NCBI GenBank assembly: GCA_048013815.1
Contig: CM106585.1
Span: 9,176,001-9,240,000 of the forward strand
Reading direction: 5' to 3'
DNA length: 64,000 nt
Source: Setoptus koraiensis
Lineage: Eukaryota > Animalia > Arthropoda
Position 1 is the first letter of the stretch; each line of letters begins with the position of its first letter. This document shows positions 24,601 to 36,600 of this stretch, piece by piece. Position numbers and translations under genes: made by a program. Under the pieces are notes generated by a model. The model did not search any database, had not been told where the DNA came from, and was given only the letters and a program-made list of their open reading frames with translations.

Positions 24601-27600
24601 AGCTGTTGTGTCGCACTAGTGCCACAACAGCTAGTGCCACAACAGCTAGTGCCACTGACACCAGTGGGCACAACACACAAATTTTGACACTAACCGGAAT
24701 ATTGGCTGGCTCGGCAAAACTTAAATTGGGTGCAGTTATTATCACTGCATTATCATTGCAGCGGCGATCAATTACGCGCAACTCACTCCATTTCAACACT
24801 GATTTTGACAGCGATAATTGTCATTAGCATCGTGTTTTGTGTTGGCCAATGTTTGTCGCTCTTCCTGTTTCTCTGGCACAACAAACTCGCACAAATGCAG
24901 TTACAAATACAGTCACCAGTTGTTCGTGTGACCAACAGTGACAGCCGGACATTAACCGCTAATAGTAAAAATGATATCAAACGTGAGCAGCAGTTCCAGT
25001 GACGTCCGCCAGACTACATATCATTCTCATTTGCATTGCGCATTTTTCATTTGAAGCGGCAGCCAGCCAAAAATCGGTTGATCGCGTAACCGAAATTGAA
25101 ATTGTTGCCTAACTAAGTTGCACAAAAACAAGATATATCGATAACAGCGTCACAGGATGAACGAGCCTCACTGACCATCACACATAATGATGCCGGCGAT
25201 TTGGCTGTCGGCGCTGATGGATTAAATGCACGCAACATCCGGAAGTCGATTGGGCCAAATGAATCAATGATACGGGCGCGCGCCATTTAATGATTCGCTC
25301 GTGATTCACTTAGTATCGTTGCTCTATTTTGTTGTGTCGCTCTATTTTGCATACTGGCCGGCCGAGCAGCCAAGCGAGCGACCAAAGTGCACCCAAACGC
25401 CCATTTCGACGACACGTTCGCCCCGGCCACCAATGGGCATGATCTAGATGATATCTGTTGTCGGCTGGCTGTCATACCCAACAGCGTGGGCGCCAGAAAT
25501 CATACCCAGCAACACGGGCGCCGCTCGCTTACATCGCGGGTCATCGTGGATTGCGTGGGAGCGGCCAAGAAAACGACACAACGTTTGTGCCTGTGCGATA
25601 TAATCTGTTTTGGCCAAACGAAAAGTTATTTACACCAAACAAACGTCGTTATTCACCTGTGCGTCTGGCAGCAGCGCATCGATGGGGCGACTTTATCATT
25701 ATAGGTGATACAATGAGCACAATCAGTGGCGATCTTGTGAGCGATTTGTGGCCAAGACCCGCGGGCCCGCAAAACGATAAAACATACATTGCATTTATTA
25801 CTGAACTTGGCCCGATCAGATGCGGCCGGCAACGCACAAATCAAGATCATTATTTACCGGTGGCAAATAGGGCGTTTTTAGTTTCGGCCAGGGGCCCCTT
25901 TGAGCCGCTGACTGGCTCAATGGCTCAAAGGGGCCCCTGGCCGTACACACCTAGACGTACACACACATACATTACATTATTTTGCCTAATTGTGTTATGC
26001 TTCAACGAGCACCACCTATTGCAGTCGGCCAACAACAGTGCAAAAATGCCAGCCCTGAACCAATAACCAATCACCGGAATTAGAAAAGTGCGCCAGCCGA
26101 ACCCGGAACTGCCTCATCTGCGCCATGATGATCGCCGTGAGAACACGCAGGCGCCAGTCGATAATTGGCATGGCTTTTCTAATTCCGGTGATTGGTTATT
26201 TTCAGAACAATAGAGCTGTGCTGACGAGATGAAACTTTTTCGCTCTTTTCGTTTTTTTTGTTTTGTTTTGTTTTGTTTTTCTAACAAAATCACTCAACCG
26301 GCCAACCGAAATAAATCGAAGCGCTCGAAAACGGATCAACAAGTCCAATTGTTTTGCTGCAATCGCTCGATCTACTCACCTTTGCGTGCGTCTATAGTGA
26401 CTATGGGCGCCAGAGAGTCGTCCTTGTACCAAAGTATCAGCGCCACAGAATCGTCCAGGCTGGGCGGATTAATATCACAGGGCAAGGCCACTTTTTCGTT
26501 TATCACAGCCGAGTATAGCATTGAGGCTGTGATATTTATGCGTGAGATGTGCGCATATGAGAGGATATGAGGAGAAAATCATGGATGAGAGCGAAGCATG
26601 GAAAATGTGTGTCAGTAATGATGTGATGGATTAAATATCGAATGACAGGGCGAAATGACAGGCATCTGGGCCGAAAAAGTGATTTTTCGTTATGATTGCC
26701 AGAATTCATTAGTTTATGTAATTTAGAATTGATGTAATTCTCTAGAATTTTTTTTTTGTTGCCGAAATGCGTGACAGCTCGTGCTCCAGTGGCTCGTTGC
26801 GAGGGAATTCATTCGGCTGGTTTCTGTTATCAGCGAAATGGCCACAATGGTGGCCACACTTTTTTTCACAATATTGTTGAAAAATAAAATAAACACTGCA
26901 AGCGAGAAAAAATGATTATTTTCGTTCGGACATGGCCCGGATGTAGCCACTAGATGCTACTAGTATCATGCTTGCATGATATTAGTAGTATCATGCTTGC
27001 ATGATACTAGTAGTATCATAGTGTGCAGGTTCGGCCGCCAGGGGTCGTTGGCTTGGGGCCCCAGGCGGATAAGTGCTTGCTAGGAACGAGGGCCCCGCGT
27101 AACGATGTACGTTTGCACAGAGGCGCCAAACAAGCGCAATTTGGGGCGCACAAAATGGGCACTTGGCAAACCAGTTATCGCAAGTGAAGTGCGACAAGAA
27201 TTATCATGACAATTGTTGGCAAGGCGACGCGTTTGGGTTTGCGCTTGCGTTTTTGTCGAGTCGAGACAAACATGAACGTTATTGTGCGAGCTCAAGCGAG
27301 AAACTTGGCCGCTCAAGCTCAAGCTCGAGCTCGAGCAAGTGGTTGCCTATTATGCATATATCGTAATATCATGCTTATGTTGTGTCGTTATGTAATGTGC
27401 GTGTTTGTCGTTGAATAATTTCCACTCAGTTGGCCGCTGGCTGGACGACGCGTCGTCAATTGAATCGTCAAGTGGCAACAGATCCCTCTGTGCTGCAGGA
27501 CATGGGCCGAGCAAGCAAATTTCGGGCAAATTTTGGACGAATTTCGGGCAACTGTGCGCGTCTGGAATTCGTCGGATCGCAGGATCGCCCCTCGTCTCGT

Positions 27601-30600
27601 CTGAGTCAGACGGTGTGACAAACCGGCCACAAGCGGCCAGCTCTTGGCTAGGCTCGAATGCTTCGGCACTTCAATGCAATTTTCGTCAGTCGACGACAAC
27701 ATCTCTCGTTGTCGCCATGTTGACACACTGACACACACTATTAGATAGAGGGCGCTTCTAGGGGGCCCGACACACGACGACAAGACGACGCTGTTACATA
27801 ACTGTTCAACATTACTCTTATTGGCACACTCGTGTGTGTGTGTATGGTCAATATGACAATTTTATTGCCGGCCGTGGCGCGCCGGCATCGGGTAAATAGC
27901 GTAGCGGCGAAAACAGTAAACACTGTAAGCGGCCCCCACAGGCACAAAAACTGACCAAACGCGCCTCGTTTATTGTTTTTTGTATGTTTGTTTGTACTGT
28001 CGTGCGCTTGCGGGCACCACGTGGGCGCGGGCCTAGCGGAAGGGGCCCTCTCGACAAGAAGGGGCCCCCTGCATTGAGTTGGCAACATTGCGTAGCTTGT
28101 GTATTGAGGGCGATAGTTTTGGGCCAGCGTTGATATACAGTGTCCCAAAAAATTCCCAAAAATCCTCTCTCGCTTGTGTCTCAATTGTCTGTGCACCTAT
28201 TCAACAAAAATTGTGCCCGAAATACACGCAACCAAGTCTGGTTATGCCATTGATGCAATTTAACGAATCGGGCGAGTCGGGCATCGATGGACAGCTCAAA
28301 AATGAGTAGCAAGGCCAATTAACTGTTTGCTGCCCGTCGAGCCCTATTTGCAATGTTGTCGCGTGATTGGGCTGATGTGTCCGCGCTCGACTTCATATTT
28401 CATCGTTGTTATGATAGAGGGCGACAACGTAATTAATAAATGACGATCATCAATTGATCGTAGATTAATAATCTATGACGGCACGGCAACATATACACAC
28501 ATTATCTATCTATCTCAGTTGGGATAGATGATGAGACGGTCACATTGAGTGCCTGAATGATTGAGGCCCATTCAATGGTGCACAGCGACATGAAACTTTG
28601 ATGATCAAAGTGCATCATTGAATGGACAAACACTGTCTGGCTGGTTTATTTGTGGGGCCCGCGCACCGGCTGAGATTGTGACACAACTTGTCTGTTCATT
28701 AGTGTTTCATTCAGTTGATTTGTTGCCCTGCCTCCTTTTTGCCCAACTACCCTCCCTGCCACTCCCATTGGCCGCAGTAATTTCAACTGGCGTCTGACAG
28801 CCATTATCCACAGGGAGACACAACATGCCGCCCTCCCACTGTCTCCAAAGTTTGCAGTCCAAAGAGAACATAATCGATCACTCTCCCGATCCGCTCTTGG
28901 CCCTGAATAGAGGGCGTGCACGGGGGGCGCCCTCTATTCAGGGCCGAGAGGGAGTGTCGTGTGACCGTGAGCCGGCAGAGGGCTCGACAAACTGACAGCG
29001 GTCTAAATAGGTATATATAGAGAGAGAGAGAGAGAGGTCTGGAGGAAATGTGCAAAGTCTAGTTTAGTTTAGCTCTAATCTACAATGACCAGACACTGGA
29101 GTATATAAGTGCAACTATGACTAGTGCTCGCTGAATGGATCCATCATCTGAGAAAGCTGCATCTGTAAATCAGTGCAAAAATAGTTGCACGAGCAACGCA
29201 TCTAGTTACAATTATTAGGGGGCCGCTCGTAGTTGTTGCTGGCCCAACAACAGCAACAACAACGAGCCAAGGAGCCCCCAAAAGAGAGTGGCAAGCGATT
29301 TAGAGATGAGCCTATTATTATTTGCGAGTAGCTGCAACTTGTTATTTACTGTTTGTCGTTGTTGCCATTGCAGCGCCTATTTAGCGGTGGCTGCAGTTGT
29401 TGTTGTTGTTGCTGTTGTTGCTGTTGTTGCTGTTGTTGCTGTTGTTGTTGCTGTTGTTGCTGTTGCTGTTGTTGTTGCTGTTGGTGCTGCTGTTGTTGGG
29501 GCCCCAGACTATGAGCGCGCATCCAGCGATACGTAACAAGCGGCTGAACTTTACTCAATCTTGTCTCACAACTTGTGAGTCAGCCCTTGTGAGGCCCCTC
29601 ACCCCCTTGGCCCCTTTTGTGCAGCCTGGCCAGTGCATAACCCGAAATGATTATAACATTCGGCCTGTTTTCTAGCGCCACCAGCGGCCTGTGCAAGAAA
29701 GACTCGCTTATGTGCTGCAACATATCGGAACGAGGAGCAGAGGGCGCTGTGAGGCGCACCAACGGCAAGACGACCGGCTAAGCGATTGCCGCCAAGTGCA
29801 TCACTCAGGCGGCTACCGTTGCCGGGTTCGAGTAGCTCGAGGCACTCTTATAATACATAATACTACACATATTACGCAATACCTAATGCTTGTGGCGCCA
29901 TCCAAGTGATGCGAGCAGCGACAGTGAGTAGAGAGATACCGGCCCGTGGCGCGCGGATATGTGCCGCACACTGCAAACACTCGCAGTGGCACTCAAATGC
30001 AAAGCCGATATAAGGCGATATAAGATTGGTAAGATGCGAGATGTAAGATGCGCGATGTGAGACACATAACACTTATAATAGGTTGCTGCTGTCTAGAAAT
30101 AACACACAAGAATTAGAGCAGCCAAATGGGGCCCCTCTTTGTGTGCGGTAACGATGGTTGCGCGTTACGCAAGCACGAGATACAATGAACACAACGGCGC
30201 ACGAAATGAAATTGCCAAATCTATCTCTGACCAATCTCTGGCTATCTCTGGCGCTTGTTAGAGATGATGTAGATTCCTGTCGGCGTCCGGCACACAATTC
30301 AAAGATAACAACGAGCGCCCCTGCTGGCAGTGTCGGCCAAGAGAAAAAGTTGCTGGCTCGCTGGCTCGCCGTTGCCGCTATTGCCGCCGTTGCCGCTATT
30401 GCCGCCGTTGCCGCTATTGCCGGCGTTGCCGCTGATGCGATCAAACATGATAAGGGGCCCCAACTCACACAACACAAGTCGAGAGTCGCCAGTGGCGTAT
30501 TGCGCCTAATAAGCGTCGCGTAAAAAGCACCCGCTGGCCGCTCACATTCATGCTGTTCGCTAACAATAACAACAGCGACAACAACAGCAACACCCACCAC

Positions 30601-33600
30601 CACCACGACGACGACGACAACACCAAATCTGTTTAGCCGTTTAGATTAATTACATAAGCTGCTCACATCTGGCGTCCGATGTGAACAGCGGCCACACAAT
30701 CGATTGGGGCCCCGCACAATGGCACAATGGCCACGCAACACAGCTAACGGTCTCACTCACAATCGCCCCATGACTGACACCGTATGAGGCGATTAGTTTT
30801 TGGACAAACACAAGCGTGCGGTAAAGTAAATATCGCACCTTGTTTAGGTGCAGCAAGTGCGCGCCGTCGACAAACAAAACAAACGACGGCCGGACGACAA
30901 GTGCTATTTGTCAACTGCGCCAACGCCAGCGCCCCTATGAACCGAATTAAACCAAACCAAACCAAACCAAACCGGCGCCCAAACCAGAATGGCCCCCTTG
31001 TCCTGTCCAGCTTAGGCCCAAAATGGGCCCAAGTTGGGCCCAAGTTGGGCAGGACAAGGGCGGCCTAACGCACCCATTAGCGCCCAGATTGCCAGGTCTC
31101 TGTCCACTTGTTTGCTCGCTTTTTGCTCTGTTTGGCCTGTTCGGCCTGTTTGGTTGGGGCCCGAATTGAGCCATCATTGAGACCACTTATGCCGTGCCAG
31201 TTATACCGTGTAAGTTACGCAATACACCTGAGTTTGCAAGCGGATTAACATTGATGCTAGCTGATTGATGTCTGTTTATTTGCTTGCTTGCCTCAGTTTT
31301 GTGCCGCGCTGACAAGTGCGAGAGACAACAACTGACCAACCAGTGGCCAGCTTAGCGATTAGCGCAATCAATTGGCGTCGACGGTGACGCTAATTGGTTA
31401 ATCAGGTTAATTAATGAATTACTGGGGGCAGCTGCCCAATACCCACAGATAGTGAATAGCTAGTGGCTAGGTACCGAATTAACCAAGTTGTTTGCCGACT
31501 GACCGAACAGCGCCACCAGCCAACGGGTATCATTTCGTGTCGAGTGTCGAGTGTCGTGTACAGGGGGCACTCGCGAGCCGTGTTACAACTGGCCAACCAT
31601 TTAGTTGGCCCAACAAACTGGAGATAAATTATAATTGGCTTCGCCCATTCACATACGATACAAGTGGATAAAGCGTTGAAACTGACCGGCTGTTGATCCG
31701 AGCTTCATGTACATACAAGCTGTATGATACAATGCGTTCACAGGGGCGCTTTCGTGTGCTGGCCTCGACACAATGAAGCAACTGGCGCCGATCGCAACAA
31801 GCTGAATGATGTCGCCCAAAAAGCCTCTTCAAATCCAATCTTAATCAATCTGAACCGAATATAAATGAAATCGCAAATGCCCAAATTCAATCACGGTTTG
31901 GGCCCCAAACTTTGGGGCACACAAACTCGAGACGCGAGTCGCAATAGGTGGCTGCTAAACAAATCTTGTGCCACAAAGCACAAACAAAAAGCGTTTTCAA
32001 TGTCGCCAATTATGATGCTAAACACCGTTTCACATTGTGCTGTCGCTGAAACACAATCTTGGTCGACACAGCCGAGTGAGTTAAATCGATTGAGCGCCCC
32101 TCTCCAGACGGTTGAGCTGAGCCGTCAACAATTCGAGACAAAACAGAATGATGAATAATTGCTCAAAACTGCCGCTCGACTGGGCCCCATCTGGCGACCA
32201 ATCAATCTGGCAACGAATCAATCTGGCAACGAATCAATCTGGCGACCAATCAATCCGGCGACGCATCAATGTAATGCGGCGAAATTGAGCAGACCGGAAA
32301 TAGGAAAATATGGCAAGCGTGCGCGGGAAAGTGCGTTACGCTCATTAGTGCGTGTATGTGAGTGCGTGTGTCGCCCGCCAAACAATCTCGATTTCTCTGG
32401 CCAGTCAACAGCGTGCCAACGCGAAGCCCATTCAAGAGCACGTGCAAATCACGTGAAAAGAACCTGTCAGAGAAACTGGCTTGACACACGGCCGAACAAA
32501 GCGGCCTCAATTTACAGCGAGCTGTTCGACAAACTGGCCACTGGCCAGCAATCGCACCAATTGCAACTCGGGCACTCGCGCGACTTTATACCGAATGGGC
32601 CAATTGAGGGGCCCCGGCCAGTCGGTATAAAGTCGGCCAGTCGGTATAAAGTGGGCCAGTTGGGCTGCAATCGCTGGCAGCAGCAACAACAAAGCCAATA
32701 AGCGGCCCGTGGCCAAGTGAAGCGCAATGCTTTTCATTAGGCCGCGGCCAGAATCACAACGGGCGCCGAGTGACGTTCTGTCTATAGCAGATGTGCGGGG
32801 CACGTGCAAATTACTCATTGTTACTGTGCCTGTCCAGCTCGTGCAAATCTACTCCCGTTTGCCGTAACTGTAAAATTTGCCTTCCCAATGCCGTTCGCCG
32901 ATCCGCCGATCCGACTGCCATGCCCATTCGTGGGCGCTGCGAATTCTCAGAAATTCCATGCCGACGTCCATTTCACGTGCCAGCGTATAAAACAGTATGT
33001 CGTGGCTCGTATTTGTGTGCATGTTTGCTGCAAAATTGCCAACTTTGGCCACCCTTTTCGCCGGCAACAAATCTCTGGCACGGGCTGGCATTGCTGCCAT
33101 TTTGGCGCCTCCATTCTGGCGATCATCACAGTCGGATGTGACTCTTTTGGGGCCTGCCCGAGCCCCAAAAAGAGACGAAACGAAACGAAACCCAACTCAG
33201 CTCAACGAAACCCAACTCAACGCGACACCGAACTCAACGACACTCAACTTGAACGAGCTACGTGACCACTAGATTGGCTAATATTATCGCCAGTGGCCGC
33301 TGACGGCTCGCTGTGCGCAACACAACACAGTGTGACGCAACTGTGACTTGAATCATCGACAAAACAACACCAAACAGCCGCTCGACGGCCGCCCAATCGA
33401 GGGGGCCCGACAGCCACCGGCACACCGAACGCCAGTCTCGCTGTGCTGGCCGTTGTTTTGCCAGAGTGCGCTCGCCAGAATCTGTTGCCAGAACCTGTTT
33501 TGGCGAAGAATTGGCCAGCCGATTGGCGAAGAATTGGCCAGCCGATTGGCGCCCTCGGCACTGGCGACAATCGCTGGCCGAAACAGGCGAACGGCGGCCG

Positions 33601-36600
33601 AATGGCGGCCGAACGGCGAGCTCGCCGCGACGGATCGCTGTCGATCTCGTCGGATGGGGCCGCGGCCGGCCGTTGCGCGCCGCCGGTGTCGCCTCACCTT
33701 TTGCGCCGCTCGACGATCGGCTCGACGATCGGCCCGATGATCGGCTCGACGATCGGCTCGAACTGTCGGCCCGACGATTCGAGCCGCTCGAATCGAGCGG
33801 CCCCATTCGTCCGTTCGATGCGATTTCGTTTCAGGCCCGTTCGCTCGATTTCGTGCGAGCCGAGTCTGCTCGAATCACTAATGATTAATGCCGCCAGTCA
33901 GCGCGCCAGTAATCACCTAATTTTGCTAATTTCCGTCCTGCTCGCACACTTGCCGGCTACGATGGCGGCTTTTGCACATATGCAGCACATATGTCGCATT
34001 GTCAGAGATGTGCAGAGGTGTCACAAAAGAGGCGGCCATCGTTGGCGGCGCGAATCGGGTAGCCGCGCCAGCACTGGTCACTGCTGCCGATGATACCAGG
34101 CTCCCATATCACCTAGTGGACGGCTCCAGAGTCGCTTGCTGCGGCGGCCCCAGAGTCGGCTGCTGCGGCGGCCCCAGAGTCGGCTGCTGCGGCGGCCCCA
34201 GAAGAATCAGTCGCGAGAGGGAGCCCGGGGGACATTGTTTGTGTTGGGTGCTGGCTCGCATGACAGACTCGTCGACAGACTGGTGGTCGCCGGGGCCCAG
34301 CGAACGCTCTTGGCACAACGGAATGAATCGCGAATCGCGACCATCATTTGCACACATTTCGCCAGGCTGGCCCCTTTTGATTTGGGCGCCCGTCGCACTT
34401 AGATTTGGGCGCCCGTCGCAGCGACACATACCTTGCAGGAATACATTTATTTGCGACCAACTGTGCCCCGTCTGACAGGCCCGCCGTCCTTGAGCGTGCC
34501 AGTGGCACGAGTCGCACGAGATATTCTTTGGGTTAGTTGTTTGGTTCGAGTTATTCTTTGGGGGCGCCGGCTTGTCGCGCCGGCAATTGCGCCCCCAAAG
34601 TGGCCGGCGCCAATCAACAGCGTGCCAGTTGCGTCACTCATCTCATGTGTGCGAGGCTTATTAGCTGATAAACTCGCCAGCTCATGGGCTGCTAAATACA
34701 CCGTTTGAGGGGCTTAAGCGACAACCCGCTCTTGCGGCCAGATATTTGCTGGCGCGCTGGGCCCCACAACAGCGACCCTGACACCAACAATGGAGCCGAC
34801 AATTGTGCGGTTACGCCAGCCAGCCAGCCAGCCAGCCAGCCATTTGGCTGCTATTTGTGCCGCTGCAGCCACAACAAAAGTGGCTGGATATATATATTAT
34901 TTGATCATCGATCATCGTCGCCGGTGCCGCTGCCGCCGACCAACTGCGCGCCAACCACCGACCGACGGCTCGCCTTGGCCTCATCCTGTCTCGTGGCGTT
35001 CGTTTGGCCTCGGCGCGGCTCACACGCGGGCTCTTGTCTCATCTCATTTCGTCTCTTGCCTCATTTCATTCAATCTCTCCACTCGGGGGCGCTCGCTGTG
35101 GGGCTCGCTGTGGCGCTCGGGCCGGCACTCGGCTGATCAAGTGTCTCGCTTGGGCCCAGCACAGTGCACAGGCAGCACAAGCGAAAGATAAGAGTATCAT
35201 TACATTGATGAGGTGCCAGTAGACACACAAAGATGATTATGATTTTCATAGTTTGCCGAGCAACCGCTCAGCCCGACAGTCTCACAGAGACTGTCTCACT
35301 GAGACTGTCTCAGGCAAGCGGCCCGCTCACAAACGTCGCCCCATCTGAACGTCGCCCCATTTGAACGTCGGCCCAAAGCGGGGCCCCATTTGAACGATTG
35401 GCTAGATAATCAATCAAAACAAGCCTCAAAATTGCTTGTTTGCTTAAGTGATTGTTGCTCATCCCCGATCTCGGCCCCGCCAGCGATTGTAGCCGGCTAC
35501 AATCGCCCAATCGCTGGCACAAATTTCTAGCCGAAGCGGGGGGTCGATCCGATAAGCAGCTAGGCATCCAAGGGTTAACTTAGACAAGGGCCAGTAACTC
35601 GTCGCCAATCGCCGGCTATAATCTGTGTGTGTGTGTGTGTGCGTCTCAAATTAAGCCGAGGGGCTCATCATTATTATTTCTAATTATTCCCTCCTTCTCT
35701 GTCTGCGACCTCGAAGCCCGCTTGCAGCGACCGGCTTCGAGGATTGGGGGCCCATCGTTTGTGCGCATTTACGTCTTGTTCTTGGCCGGCTGCCGGCTCG
35801 CTGTTGTCGGCCCATTGACAGGCCCTGTGTGCAGTTGCATTTGTTTTTTGCTCGTGTGTGTACTGTTGCAAACAGTGGCAACTTGCAATTCGCAGCTCGC
35901 ACCGACAACAATTGGGGCCCGACAGTGCAAAATGCCGCTTCAAAGGCACAGTTCATTTGGAGTTGGCAGTGCAATTAGGCCCGGCAAGTCGATCGCGCGG
36001 CTCCAACGAGACAGCGTGCCCATCAGCGCTTTTTGGCCGGCTTGTTGGGGCTGTTTGGGGCCGCCTATGGGGCGCACTAAAGCTTGCCGCACACATGCTT
36101 TTTAGGTTGCCAATGGCTGCCAATAGTTTGCTTGAACAATTAGAATTAGGCGCCACTCTCTTATTAAGAATTCTCCAGTCTGGCCCCAGTTGGCCCCCAG
36201 TATGCCGACCAGTATGCGAGCAAGACACACTCAGCTCGCTTGACACACAAACACAAGCACTCTGGCTTTGTAATGCGAAGTGGCCGTAATGACCCATTAT
36301 GAGCTAGTAACACACAGAGCGTAGTAATTTAAGAGCTTGCCAGCCGACACGTCGCACGCCGACACTGAGAACAGCCTCTCTGGCTGTTCTCACGACGACG
36401 GCCCCACTGAAATGAGCCTCAAATTGGCGGTTGGTGCGTCGTTGCTGGGGCCGGCTAAACCATTGAGACAAGTCGATCGAGCCAGCCAAATGAGAGACAA
36501 AGCGACGCAAACAGCCAGCCAAAAAACAACAGTGTATCCGCATAATGAGCCACTGGCACTTGTCGCGTTTCGATCGCTCACTGGCGACATGATTATTGTT

